Shown here: positions 1-9,976 of the stretch, one piece after another
Position numbering within the stretch: the stretch's first letter is position 1
Layout: the number at the start of each line of letters is the position of its first letter
Assembly: GCA_017512745.1 (NCBI GenBank)
Contig: JAFWEV010000026.1
Span: 11,377-75,376, forward strand
DNA: 64,000 bases
Direction of reading: 5' to 3'
Origin: Oscillospiraceae bacterium
GTDB taxonomy: Bacteria; Bacillota; Clostridia; Oscillospirales; Ruminococcaceae
The notes under the pieces: model-generated
What the model was told of the DNA's origin: nothing
The model's input: the letters and a program-made list of their open reading frames with translations, nothing else
Database searches by the model: none
Program-made: the position numbers and the translations under genes

Positions 1-853
1 CTGTTTCGTAGACCAAATATATCGTGGTAAGAGAGTATATGTGAAACAATACTGGAAGGAAGCATTCCAGTATAATATTCCATTAGTGCCGCATTACCTA
101 TCGATGTCAGTGCTTAACGGTGCAGACAAAATAATGATAGAGAGGATGAAAGGCCTTTCGGAATCGGGAATTTATAATTTAGCCTATCAAATATCGCAAG
201 TAATGATGCTTTTTAATGTTGCGCTTACGCAAACAATTGAACCTTGGCTATATAAGAAGATTAATGATGGCGAAACAACGGAGATAAAAAGAATTGCATA
301 TCCGTCGTGGGTTTTTATTGCAATCATGAATCTGCTACTAATTGCGTTCGCTCCTGAAATTGTATATCTATTTGCTCCAAAAGCGTATTATGATGCAATA
401 TGGGTGATTGCTCCAATCGCAATGAGTGTTTTCTTCATCTTTTTATATGCATTTTTTGCGGTTTTTGAATTTTACTATACAAAGACCAAATTAGCAGCAA
501 TTGCGACTTGCACGGGTGCAGTATTAAATATCGTATTGAATTATATTTTTATAAATAAATATGGGTATTATGCTGCGGGATACACAACCTTATTTTGTTA
601 TATTGTTTATGCAATGTTACATTATTATTTTATGAGAATTATCACCCGCGCAGGTGACATATATGATTCAAAGTTTATATTTCTATTATCGTTGATATTT
701 ATGATGTCGGGATTCTTACTGATGCTGACATATAAGGTTCCCATCTTACGATATGGTCTCTTAATTATGGGTGTAATTGTTGCAGTAATAAAAAGAAAGG
801 TAATAAAAGACTTTATTGCAACTTTAATAAATACAAGAAAAGCTGCTAAATGA
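1..853 (+). CDS. Polysaccharide flippase (Wzx/MOP superfamily), C-terminal part; the ORF is open to the left window edge
   Basis: The frame containing the ATG at 41 has no stop back to nt 2. The product is a string of hydrophobic helices typical of the polysaccharide-biosynthesis-protein C-terminus. It is the first gene of a polysaccharide gene string. Confidence 0.7.
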   Translation, partial: CFVDQIYRGKRVYVKQYWKEAFQYNIPLVPHYLSMSVLNGADKIMIERMKGLSESGIYNLAYQISQVMMLFNVALTQTIEPWLYKKINDGETTEIKRIAYPSWVFIAIMNLLLIAFAPEIVYLFAPKAYYDAIWVIAPIAMSVFFIFLYAFFAVFEFYYTKTKLAAIATCTGAVLNIVLNYIFINKYGYYAAGYTTLFCYIVYAMLHYYFMRIITRAGDIYDSKFIFLLSLIFMMSGFLLMLTYKVPILRYGLLIMGVIVAVIKRKVIKDFIATLINTRKAAK

Positions 854-875
854 ACTAAAGGTTTTTATATAGGGA

Positions 876-2003
876 ATGGGTATGGAAGTAAAAATAATTA
901 CGATTCATGATCCAGATGTAAACTATGGATCGACATTGCAAAGTTGTGGATTATATAATTTTATAACTGATTTGGGGTATAATGCTGAGATAATTAACTA
1001 TAAACCAAACTATAAAACTTTATCACAGCGCATTAAAGGTGTAGCATCAAAACTTTTGTTTTTTAGGAAAGTACGCTCTAGAAGGTGTAAAATTAATAAG
1101 TATTTAGATCAGCATGCAAAACTTACAAGACTTTATAGAAACGCTGAAGAGTTGGACAAGAACCCACCAGTTGCTGATGTCTATATAACAGGGAGCGATG
1201 TAATATGGAATCGGGACATAAATCCTGAAGGTGCAGATTCTTCTTTTTATCTCGGATTCGTGAAAGAAGGAATAAAAATGTCTTATGCACCGAGCATGGG
1301 AGAAATACAGCCCATTGAAAATATAAAATATGTGGCTGATCAAATACATGATTTTAAGTTTATATCAGTACGTGAAGAGCAATCAAAGGAACAATTGATT
1401 AAATATGGGATTAAAAACGTCATGTGCGTATTGGATCCTGTGTTCCTGCTGGATAAGAGGTATTATGAGAAACAAGTCTTGCCGAATTCATACGGTGAGT
1501 ATACTTTAGTTTATCTTATGAGTGACACACCAGAAAAAAGGAGCTTTGTAGATAATATCTCAAGAAAGTATGGAGATCCGGTGATTGCTTTTGGAGGACT
1601 AAAACAAAAGTCTAAATGCGATGCGTTTATCAGAGATGCTGGAGTGGAAGACTTCCTTTCTTTGATTTATAATGCGCAAAATATAGTCACTGATTCGTTT
1701 CACTGTATAGCGTTTTCATTAATATTTGAAAAACAGTTTTTATATTTACCGTCGATTGATTCAAGTATGAGAATTGAAAATCTATTGAACTATGTGAACC
1801 TCGAATATCGAATCGTTAATAGCCAAAATGCCTTAGACAACGAGAGTGCAGTATATGAGTGCATTGATTATGAAAAGACCAGACTGTTACTAAATAATAA
1901 GATAATAGAATCCAAAACCTACTTAACAAATGCACTGAATGAGTGTCAGAGTGAAATAACAAAGGAGGCAATTGATGCAACCGAAATATTCCATAGAGCT
2001 TAA
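876..2003 (+). CDS. Polysaccharide pyruvyl transferase family protein (WcaK/CsaB-like)
   Basis: The N-terminus KIITIHDPDVNYGSTLQSCGLYNF and the overall size and architecture are typical of the PS_pyruv_trans family. The gene lies in an EPS locus. Confidence 0.65.
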   Translation: MGMEVKIITIHDPDVNYGSTLQSCGLYNFITDLGYNAEIINYKPNYKTLSQRIKGVASKLLFFRKVRSRRCKINKYLDQHAKLTRLYRNAEELDKNPPVADVYITGSDVIWNRDINPEGADSSFYLGFVKEGIKMSYAPSMGEIQPIENIKYVADQIHDFKFISVREEQSKEQLIKYGIKNVMCVLDPVFLLDKRYYEKQVLPNSYGEYTLVYLMSDTPEKRSFVDNISRKYGDPVIAFGGLKQKSKCDAFIRDAGVEDFLSLIYNAQNIVTDSFHCIAFSLIFEKQFLYLPSIDSSMRIENLLNYVNLEYRIVNSQNALDNESAVYECIDYEKTRLLLNNKIIESKTYLTNALNECQSEITKEAIDATEIFHRA

Positions 2004-3735
2004 TATACTTATGACAATGAGTTTGCTAAAAGCTCATGGTATCACTAATGTTGTAATTAGTCCTGGTGGAACAAATGTATGTTTGGTAACAAGTCTCATG
2101 TATGATGAAGCTTTTACACTGTATTCATGTGTTGACGAACGTTCGGCAGCTTATATGGCCTGTGGTATTGCTGAGGAGACAGGAGCCCCAGTTGCATTGT
2201 GTTGCACGGGAGCCACAGCTTCGAGGAACTATGTTCCGGCTTTAACAGAGGCGTTTTATAGAAAGCTTCCAATACTTGTTTTGACAACATCTCAATATGA
2301 AGGTAAGGTCGGGCATCTTTTTCCTCAAGTCACTGATAGATGGCAACAGATGAACGATATTGTATATTACAGTACACATATTCCAGTTAGAATAAACGGA
2401 GAGTTAGACAGATGGCACTATAATGTTGAGATAAATAAAGCTATTCTTGCTTTATCCAGATACGGTGGTGGACCCTCGCATATTAATTTGGCCACAGATT
2501 CTAGTATAGATTTCAGTGTTGAGAGTCTTCCGCAAGAGCGTGTAATTAGACGATTTGAGGCGGGTGATATAATGCCAACCATATCGTCAAAAAGAGTTGC
2601 AGTATATGTGGGAAATCATAAAAAATGGAACCAAGAGTTAACAAATGCTGTTGATTTATTTTGTGAAAAGTATAATGCTGCAGTTCTCTGCGATAATACG
2701 AGTGGATATCACGGTGGTTATCGCGTTGAAGCTTGTATCATTGCAACACAAGTGCAGTATCAATCACCGTTGCTTGATATTGATTTATTAATACATATTG
2801 GAGATGTTTCTGGAGCATATATGAATTTATCTCCTAAAAGAGTCTGGCGGGTAAATCCTGATGGAGAAGTTAGAGACACATTTTATACTTTAGAGAATGT
2901 GTTTCAAATGAGCGAAGAAATGTTTTTTAGATACTATTTGGATGCTAGCGATAGCTTCAAGGTTTTATCGCAGAGTCATTACGCTAAAGAACTACAACAA
3001 GAAACTGCGCGGTTAAGATCCCAGATTCCTGAACTGCCTTTCTCCAATGCTTGGATTGCCCAAAATACAGTCAATAAACTACCCAAGAATTGTGAAGTCC
3101 ATTTTGGTATTTTGAATTCATTAAGAACCTGGAATGCTTTTCACATAGACGATTCCATTGATTGCTTTTGTAATACAGGGGGATTCGGTATTGATGGGTG
3201 TCTATCCTCAGCAATCGGGGCTTCATTTGTGAACACGGATAAAATCTGCTTTTGCATATTGGGGGACCTTGCATTCTTTTATGATATGAATTCTGTAGGG
3301 AATCGACACATTTCAAGTAATCTTAGAGTTATTATGGTTAACAACGGATGTGGTGCTGAATTTCACATCCCTGCTTGTGTTACAAAGCGCGCTGGTATGG
3401 ATGAAGTGTTTATTAATAGATTTACGGCAGCTTCAGGTCACTATGGTGTCAAGTCCTTATCGCTGATAAAGAACTTTACTGAAGATTTAGGGTTTGAATA
3501 CGTAGCTATACATGATAAAGATCATTATCTTGAGTATGTGGATAAAATAACTTCGGAAGAAAAAAGGAATAAGCCACTATTTGTTGAAGTATTTACTGAG
3601 GCAAAGGATGATGCAAGTGCATTAAAAGAGATGACAACCATATTAACTTCAACAAAAGGAGCTATAAAAGAACTTGCTAAGAGCATTTTAGGGGCGAAAA
3701 ACATACAAAAAATAAAAAACAGTTTCGATTTATAA
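1975..3735 (+). CDS. Thiamine-diphosphate-dependent enzyme, MenD/acetolactate-synthase-like
   Basis: AAGGAGG at 1962-1968 lies 6 nt upstream of the ATG at 1975. The N-terminal ThDP pyrimidine-binding region reads VVISPGGTNV...DERSAAYMACGIAEETGAPVALCCTGATASRNYVPALTEA. The C-terminal GDLAFFYDMNS...NNGCG resembles the ThDP GDG-X-NN motif. Confidence 0.75.
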   Translation: MQPKYSIELNILMTMSLLKAHGITNVVISPGGTNVCLVTSLMYDEAFTLYSCVDERSAAYMACGIAEETGAPVALCCTGATASRNYVPALTEAFYRKLPILVLTTSQYEGKVGHLFPQVTDRWQQMNDIVYYSTHIPVRINGELDRWHYNVEINKAILALSRYGGGPSHINLATDSSIDFSVESLPQERVIRRFEAGDIMPTISSKRVAVYVGNHKKWNQELTNAVDLFCEKYNAAVLCDNTSGYHGGYRVEACIIATQVQYQSPLLDIDLLIHIGDVSGAYMNLSPKRVWRVNPDGEVRDTFYTLENVFQMSEEMFFRYYLDASDSFKVLSQSHYAKELQQETARLRSQIPELPFSNAWIAQNTVNKLPKNCEVHFGILNSLRTWNAFHIDDSIDCFCNTGGFGIDGCLSSAIGASFVNTDKICFCILGDLAFFYDMNSVGNRHISSNLRVIMVNNGCGAEFHIPACVTKRAGMDEVFINRFTAASGHYGVKSLSLIKNFTEDLGFEYVAIHDKDHYLEYVDKITSEEKRNKPLFVEVFTEAKDDASALKEMTTILTSTKGAIKELAKSILGAKNIQKIKNSFDL

Positions 3736-3746
3736 GGAGATACCCT

Positions 3747-4577
3747 ATGCTGTCAATCAAAAAGTGGGCGAAGAAGTTTCGAAAACAAGTTCCGGTATAT
3801 ATTCCAATACTGAAATCTGAATTGTTACAAGGTAGGACAGCATTGATTACAGGAGGAACTCGAGGGCTTGGCTTCGCAATAGCCGATGCCTTCCTCAAAG
3901 CTGGGGCAAAAGTAATTATCACTGGTCGAGAAGAGACTTCATTGATGGTAGCCAGGCAAAAGTTAGTGAATAGTACCGGAGTTAATGAAAGTTTTATACA
4001 GACTGCTGTTTTAGATTTGATGAGAATTGAGGATATAGGTACAGTTTTTGCTCAGATCTCGCAAAAGAATCGAATTGATATTTTGGTAAACAACGCGGGT
4101 GTATCGAATCGAATGAAGTTCGGCGAGATGTCTGAAGAAGAATATGATACAGTAATGGATACAAATTTAAAAGGCGTATATTTTATCTCCCAAACAGTCT
4201 CTAACTATATGCTCAGTAGCGGTATAGAAGGAAATATTCTAAATATTTCATCATCATCAGGGTTGAGACCTGCAACATTACCATATACTTTATCTAAATG
4301 GGGAATTGGGGCATTTACTGAAGGATTGGCTAAAAAATTAATAGGCTATGGCATTGTCGTTAATGCCATTGCACCGGGGCAAGCGGCAACTACTATGATT
4401 AATAATGAGGAGGATATAAACAATCCGAGAGCTCCTCTTAATCGATTGGTTACACCAGTAGAAGTAGCAAATATGGCAGTAATACTTGTAAGTGATCTTG
4501 CTAGAACAATTGTTGGTGATACCATTTATATGACTGGAGGGAGTGGGTTGCTAACACTGGACGATATAGACTATTAA
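3747..4577 (+). CDS. SDR-family oxidoreductase
   Basis: Contains TGGTRGLG (the TGxxxGxG Rossmann motif), NNAG, and YTLSK (the YxxxK catalytic motif). AAGGAG lies upstream of the ATG. Confidence 0.85.
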   Translation: MLSIKKWAKKFRKQVPVYIPILKSELLQGRTALITGGTRGLGFAIADAFLKAGAKVIITGREETSLMVARQKLVNSTGVNESFIQTAVLDLMRIEDIGTVFAQISQKNRIDILVNNAGVSNRMKFGEMSEEEYDTVMDTNLKGVYFISQTVSNYMLSSGIEGNILNISSSSGLRPATLPYTLSKWGIGAFTEGLAKKLIGYGIVVNAIAPGQAATTMINNEEDINNPRAPLNRLVTPVEVANMAVILVSDLARTIVGDTIYMTGGSGLLTLDDIDY

Positions 4578-4597
4578 CATTTTTTTCGGAGGAATAA

Positions 4598-5641
4598 ATG
4601 GCGAGTGAGATTCTTATAGATATTATGAATGAAAACAATTTTGACGCAGGAACGAAAGCAAGAAATGATGTAAGAAATATATTGAGTAGTATGGGATTCC
4701 AAACAGTAGTCCTTTTTAACAGAACACATAATAATATTAAACGAATTATAGAAATCATAAATGCCAGCCAAAGCATTGGAAAGACTATTAAGAATAAAGA
4801 TTTGATAGTTTTGCAATATCCATATCAACCTAAGGTGATGCAGTTATTGATTAATCGAATTAATAGAATTAGAAAAAAGACAAAGTGTACGTTTGTAATT
4901 TTAATTCATGATGTATTATATCTCCGCAATGAGAACAACTCTAAAAATTCTATTGACTTACAAGCTACGGAAGTGAAGTTCTTTAATGAGGCGGACGCAG
5001 TGATTGTTCATAACCATGCAATGAAGGAAGAACTGAGTTCCGCTGGAGTATCAGCCAAAATGTTCGAATTAGGTATTTTTGATTACTTATATTGCGGAGA
5101 GCCCGCTTTTATTACACATTCAGCTAAAACAACCATTGTTTTTGCGGGAAATCTTTCACCTGAAAAATCTGGGTTCATTTACAAATATAACGAAACAGGG
5201 TTAGTTGCATTTAATCTTTATGGAACAAAACCAGATAATCTCAATTCTTGCTTTGAGTATAAGGGTAGTTATTCACCTGAAAATCTTATTGAGGCGTTAG
5301 AGGGGAATTATGGTCTTGTGTGGGATGGACCATCTCCTGATAGTTGTATTGGGAATTATGGTAATTATTTACGGTATAATAACCCACACAAACTGTCGTT
5401 ATATATAGCAGCGGGGCTTCCTGTGGTTGTTTGGAAAGAGTCAGCACTCGCTGACTATGTTGTAGATAATAGTTTGGGGGTGACTATTTCTTCTTTAAGT
5501 GAGTTGCCAAGAATTCCAAATCCTAATTCAATGGCATACCAATACTTATTGCAAGGAGTTAGAGAATTGCATTCCAAACTGCAAAGTGGCGAGATGCTAA
5601 AATCAGTTATTTTAGCTATATATCAAGAACTCTATGATTGA
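4598..5641 (+). CDS. Putative glycosyltransferase (galactofuranosyltransferase-like sugar transferase)
   Basis: The C-terminal region YLRYNNPHKLSLYIAAGLPVVVW resembles sugar transferases found in Firmicutes EPS loci. The family assignment is from memory only. Confidence 0.45.
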   Translation: MASEILIDIMNENNFDAGTKARNDVRNILSSMGFQTVVLFNRTHNNIKRIIEIINASQSIGKTIKNKDLIVLQYPYQPKVMQLLINRINRIRKKTKCTFVILIHDVLYLRNENNSKNSIDLQATEVKFFNEADAVIVHNHAMKEELSSAGVSAKMFELGIFDYLYCGEPAFITHSAKTTIVFAGNLSPEKSGFIYKYNETGLVAFNLYGTKPDNLNSCFEYKGSYSPENLIEALEGNYGLVWDGPSPDSCIGNYGNYLRYNNPHKLSLYIAAGLPVVVWKESALADYVVDNSLGVTISSLSELPRIPNPNSMAYQYLLQGVRELHSKLQSGEMLKSVILAIYQELYD

Positions 5642-5949
5642 GGGCATTTATTTAACTGTTATGCTATATTTTTATTACAGCGAGGACGGAATAATAATCA
5701 ATTATATAATATGTATTTGGAGCAGTTAAGAATGACGTATCTTCACAAGGAATCCATTCACTATGAATTAATTCACTAATACAGTAGTTCCTAAAAGCGA
5801 TAGTTCTTGAGCAATGGATTATTAGAAACATATGATAATCAACTCCTATTACAATAAGGTGGATGAATTTTGTCATATGATTATTCATATATATATAGGA
5901 GTGGTTTCTTATTCAATCATAATCTACTAATGTTTTTATGGAGGTATAA

Positions 5950-7389
5950 ATGGATAGGTTCCGTGATAAAACAGAAATAAGCATCAAGGATCTGACAGCA
6001 GTTTTATTATCAAAAACAGTTCTTATCTTTATATGTGTTATATTAATTGGTGCTATTGGACTTGGCTATGTGATGGTTATTGGTAGAGATATAAAGGCTA
6101 GGGTGCCAACAGATGAGGAGATAGCAACAGCAAGAGAACTGTTGTCCCCCACAGACGCGGGTACCGTGGATAGAGTCTATGCGCAATATGTCTCATATTC
6201 TCAATATAAAGAATCTCTCCAAAAATATTTTGACAATTTTTTGTTTACAGAGGATGACACTGAAAACTACATTCAGATGACAACTATTTTTAGCATGTCT
6301 TCAAATGTATACGGGGCTAATAACGTATTTACATCATTATCTTTAACTCCAGAGATATACGATGAGATATCTACAATTCTTCCAGATGAAGAGACTGTTT
6401 CTGAAATCTATCAAAGAGTTTGGATCAGTTCAGGAGAGAGGAATGGGTTGACTTTACTTAATGAGGATGAAGATGGTGTATTTGTCCCTAATGAATTTAC
6501 AATAACTGTTAATGTGATTGCGAAAAGTAAGGAACAATGCCAGAAAATTGAGGCTATTATCGATAAAGCTCTTGACGCACAATTAACTGCTCTTAGAAAA
6601 TTTGATCCAAATGCTACACTTTCTTTTATTGGGAGTAATTGTTCAGAAAACTTGAGGAGTTGGGTTATAGCCAGACAGAATGATGCTATCAGCCAGCTGA
6701 ACTCTGTTGAGAATACTATAAAGAACTTCAACAACAATCAGGTGAACAATCTTTCTGCAGAGCAGAAAGCATATTATAACCTTCTTATTGCAAGAGATGC
6801 TGACCAGCCTTTAAGAATTCAAGGACCATCGAAGAAGAAGTTCCTTGTAATCGGAGCATTCGGAGGATTCGTTCTTGCCTGTGGATATGTTGTGCTTAAA
6901 TATTTGTTTACTGCATCTATAAAAACTAAAGAAGATATTTCTCTTGCATACAATATACCGGTGCTTAATACAATTACCATTGATGGTAAAAAGCATCCAT
7001 TGTTTGATAAGCTAATCAGAAAGCTAAGGGATATAGATGGCCGGGATATGGATGTGTCTATAGAAATGGCTGCTTCAGACATTGGAATTCTTATGGATAA
7101 ATCCGGAACGGATTCGCTGTATCTTATCGAGACATCCGGAACAGATGATGAAAGCGGTATTGCAGCAAAGCTTGTAGATAAGATCAAATCGGAAAATGAC
7201 AACTACAATGTATGTGTAGGAAAGCCCTTAGATTCTGCTGAAGAACTTAAGAAAATGGCATCTGCGGATAATGTAGTACTTTTAGCTGAGATCCAGAAAA
7301 CAAAAATGGATCTTACAGATAAGTATTATGAATTGTTCCAGAGATATGGTTCGAACGTATTGGGTTCAATTGTCTCTGTAAAGCCGTAA
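5950..7389 (+). CDS. Wzz/chain-length-determinant protein fused to a degenerate BY-kinase-like C-terminal domain
   Basis: There is an N-terminal TM helix (VLIFICVILIGAIGLGYVMVI), a long coiled periplasmic-type region, and a second TM helix (FLVIGAFGGFVLACGYVVLKYLF). The roughly 150-aa tail has a P-loop-ATPase-like pattern but no GK[ST] Walker A. Confidence 0.6.
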   Translation: MDRFRDKTEISIKDLTAVLLSKTVLIFICVILIGAIGLGYVMVIGRDIKARVPTDEEIATARELLSPTDAGTVDRVYAQYVSYSQYKESLQKYFDNFLFTEDDTENYIQMTTIFSMSSNVYGANNVFTSLSLTPEIYDEISTILPDEETVSEIYQRVWISSGERNGLTLLNEDEDGVFVPNEFTITVNVIAKSKEQCQKIEAIIDKALDAQLTALRKFDPNATLSFIGSNCSENLRSWVIARQNDAISQLNSVENTIKNFNNNQVNNLSAEQKAYYNLLIARDADQPLRIQGPSKKKFLVIGAFGGFVLACGYVVLKYLFTASIKTKEDISLAYNIPVLNTITIDGKKHPLFDKLIRKLRDIDGRDMDVSIEMAASDIGILMDKSGTDSLYLIETSGTDDESGIAAKLVDKIKSENDNYNVCVGKPLDSAEELKKMASADNVVLLAEIQKTKMDLTDKYYELFQRYGSNVLGSIVSVKP

Positions 7390-7416
7390 AACTTTTTAAA
7401 AACTATCGATTATAAA

Positions 7417-7462
7417 ACCCAATTAAGATTCTGGAATTGAAAGAATCTTAATTGGGTATTTG
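7417..7462 (+). terminator. Rho-independent terminator ending the polysaccharide operon
   Basis: A perfect 16-bp stem, ACCCAATTAAGATTCT / AGAATCTTAATTGGGT, has a 9-nt loop and is followed by ATTTGTGTG. Confidence 0.8.
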
Positions 7463-7578
7463 TGTGTGATTAATTATAAATACCTAAAGAAATATAGGCT
7501 GCTGGGTAGTCATCAAACATTTTTGCAAGAACAATGCTAAAATAAAAATATGAGTATGAATATGAAGAGGAGTATGCT

Positions 7579-8475
7579 ATGAAAGTTATCAATTTCGGAT
7601 CATTAAATGTTGATCATGTCTACAGGGTACCGCATGCCGTCGCAGAGGGAGAGACGCTTGCCTGTGGTTCTCTTCAGAAGCTCATGGGAGGAAAAGGCCT
7701 TAACCAATCAATAGCGATCGCAAAAGCAGGCGCGAAGGTCATTCACGGAGGCTTGATCGGCGATGAGGGACAGTTCCTGGTGGATTTTCTCAGTGAGAGC
7801 GGTGTCGATGTATCAAAAATCGGACATACAGACGAGCCGCAGGGACACGCAGTAATACAGGTCAACGATAACGGAAACAACTGCATCATTGTTTTCGGCG
7901 GATCAAACCAATGCGTCACGAAAGAGTATATTGATGATCTCCTCAGCGAGACGGAAGAAGGAGACATCGTTGTTCTGGAGAACGAAGTATCCAATATCGA
8001 TTACATTATGGCCAGAGCACACGAGAAAAAGTGCCCTGTTGTCTTCAATGCATCACCTATTGATGACAAAGTTGTCGCTTTAGACTACAGCAACGTCGAC
8101 TGGCTCATCATCAACGAAATCGAAGGGGCAGCAATAGCTAAAACGGACTCCATAGATGATATTATCCCCGAGATCACGAAAAAATATCCGGAGATCAGTG
8201 TAGTTCTGACTCTCGGCGAAGAGGGCTCGATCTGTTATTCAAAGGGGCAGGTATACAGACAGAAAGCATACAAGGCAGATGTAGTCGATACAACAGCTGC
8301 GGGTGATACTTTCCTCGGATACTTTGTCGCGGGACTTATCAACGGAGATGATATGCAGACGATCCTCAAGACGGCAAGTGCTGCATCTTCAATAGCAGTT
8401 TCAATAATGGGGGCAGCTGCGTCTGTTCCTACAGTGGACAAAGTTAAAGAATATCTAAAAAATATAGGCGAATAA
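7579..8475 (+). CDS. rbsK: Ribokinase
   Basis: The N-terminus GSLNVDHVYRV...GGKGLNQSIA and the C-terminal DTTAAGDTFLGYFVAG are classic ribokinase/PfkB signatures. Confidence 0.8.
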   Translation: MKVINFGSLNVDHVYRVPHAVAEGETLACGSLQKLMGGKGLNQSIAIAKAGAKVIHGGLIGDEGQFLVDFLSESGVDVSKIGHTDEPQGHAVIQVNDNGNNCIIVFGGSNQCVTKEYIDDLLSETEEGDIVVLENEVSNIDYIMARAHEKKCPVVFNASPIDDKVVALDYSNVDWLIINEIEGAAIAKTDSIDDIIPEITKKYPEISVVLTLGEEGSICYSKGQVYRQKAYKADVVDTTAAGDTFLGYFVAGLINGDDMQTILKTASAASSIAVSIMGAAASVPTVDKVKEYLKNIGE

Positions 8476-8497
8476 TCGATTAGGAACGTTTTGAATA

Positions 8498-9859
8498 ATG
8501 AAATTACTGACAAGGGATAGTAATTATTACCAATCCCTTCTTACGCTTGCCATACCTGTTGCTTTACAGAACCTCATAACATTCACTGTCAATTTCGCGG
8601 ACAATGTCATGGTTGGTGCGCTCGGGGATTACGCAGTGTCTGGGGTATTTCTCGGAAATCAGATACAAACACTTCTGCAGATGTTTTCCGGCGGTATAGA
8701 AGGTGCGATCCTCATTCTGGGAGCACAGTACTGGGGAAAGAAAAATGCTCTCGGAGTCAAGAGGATAGTTGCTATCGGACTGCAGCTGTCTGTCATGGTC
8801 AGTGTGTTTTTGACCGTGTTCTGTTCGTTTGCTCCGAATTTCATAATTGGGCTGTTTACAGGGGATCCGACATCAATAGCTAACGGAGTAATCTATCTGA
8901 GAATAGTATGTTTCTCATATGTGTTCTTCTGCATCACTCAGAGCCTTATTGCATGCATGAGAAGCATGGGAATGGCAAAAATAGGAACAATGGTCTCCCT
9001 GATATCTCTGTTCGTAAATGTTGGGCTGAACTATGTATTGATCAACGGTAAACTCGGATTCCCGCGGCTGGAAGTCAAAGGGGCTGCCATCGCGACACTT
9101 ATAGCAAGGATGGTTGAGACCGCCGTGATCTCTGTGTTCGTATTCGTCAGGGACAAAGAACTGAGACTCACGGTAAAAGACAGTCTGTATGTGGACAAGG
9201 ATATCCGCAAAGACTTCATAAAATACGGCCTTCCGATCGTGGGCGGCAATATGGTCTGGAGCGTAAATCTGCTGTGCAATTCTGCAATACTCGGGAGATT
9301 CGGACCCAGTGTTGTGACGGCCGCCAGCATAGTCAATTCCCTCAATACGTTTGCATATATCGGACTGAACGGTGCTTCTGCCGGAGTGAGTGTTCTCACG
9401 GGAAGAACCATAGGCGAACACAGAATGGATAAGATAAAGGAGTATTCTTACTCCAGTCAGATCATCATGCTGCTGGTCGGCATAACGACTGGAGTGCTGA
9501 TATTCTCAATCAAAGGACTGTTCATAGGATTCTATAAAGGGATAACACCTGAGGCAGCCGATTATTCGATGCAGTTTGCGCGAGTTCTTTCCGTGACGAT
9601 AATCGGTACGGCATATCAGGCGTGCTGCCTTGCAGGTATAGTGAAGGCGGGCGGAGATACGGCATTTGTTTTCAAGAACGATATGATCTTTGTATTCCTT
9701 GTTGTTCTTCCCTCTGCTGTAATAGCGGCATATTTCGGAGCGCCGCCATGGATCGTGTTTGCTTTCCTGAAGTGTGATCAGCTGCTAAAATGCATAGTCG
9801 CATATTTCAAGATCAACAGTTTCAACTGGGTAAAAGATCTGACCAGGGATACTGTGTAA
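8498..9859 (+). CDS. MATE-family efflux transporter
   Basis: A 12-TM protein of about 450 aa with a typical MATE N-terminus (LLTLAIPVALQNLITFTVNFADNVMVG). Confidence 0.85.
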   Translation: MKLLTRDSNYYQSLLTLAIPVALQNLITFTVNFADNVMVGALGDYAVSGVFLGNQIQTLLQMFSGGIEGAILILGAQYWGKKNALGVKRIVAIGLQLSVMVSVFLTVFCSFAPNFIIGLFTGDPTSIANGVIYLRIVCFSYVFFCITQSLIACMRSMGMAKIGTMVSLISLFVNVGLNYVLINGKLGFPRLEVKGAAIATLIARMVETAVISVFVFVRDKELRLTVKDSLYVDKDIRKDFIKYGLPIVGGNMVWSVNLLCNSAILGRFGPSVVTAASIVNSLNTFAYIGLNGASAGVSVLTGRTIGEHRMDKIKEYSYSSQIIMLLVGITTGVLIFSIKGLFIGFYKGITPEAADYSMQFARVLSVTIIGTAYQACCLAGIVKAGGDTAFVFKNDMIFVFLVVLPSAVIAAYFGAPPWIVFAFLKCDQLLKCIVAYFKINSFNWVKDLTRDTV

Positions 9860-9976
9860 ATTGCTTTGACCTATATGTGTTTTGCATACTACGGATCAGT
9901 GACGAGCAGTTCTTACTGATTGACTGCAAACATATCGGAATATAGAATTAACGTGTTGCCAAAAGACAGAAAGGTC

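Noticed and set aside
5664-5888. A 74-aa minus-strand ORF in the AT-rich gap between the glycosyltransferase and Wzz genes.
   Set aside because: It has no RBS, lies on the opposite strand to the operon, and is expected by chance in AT-rich spacer. The region is more likely an internal promoter or spacer.
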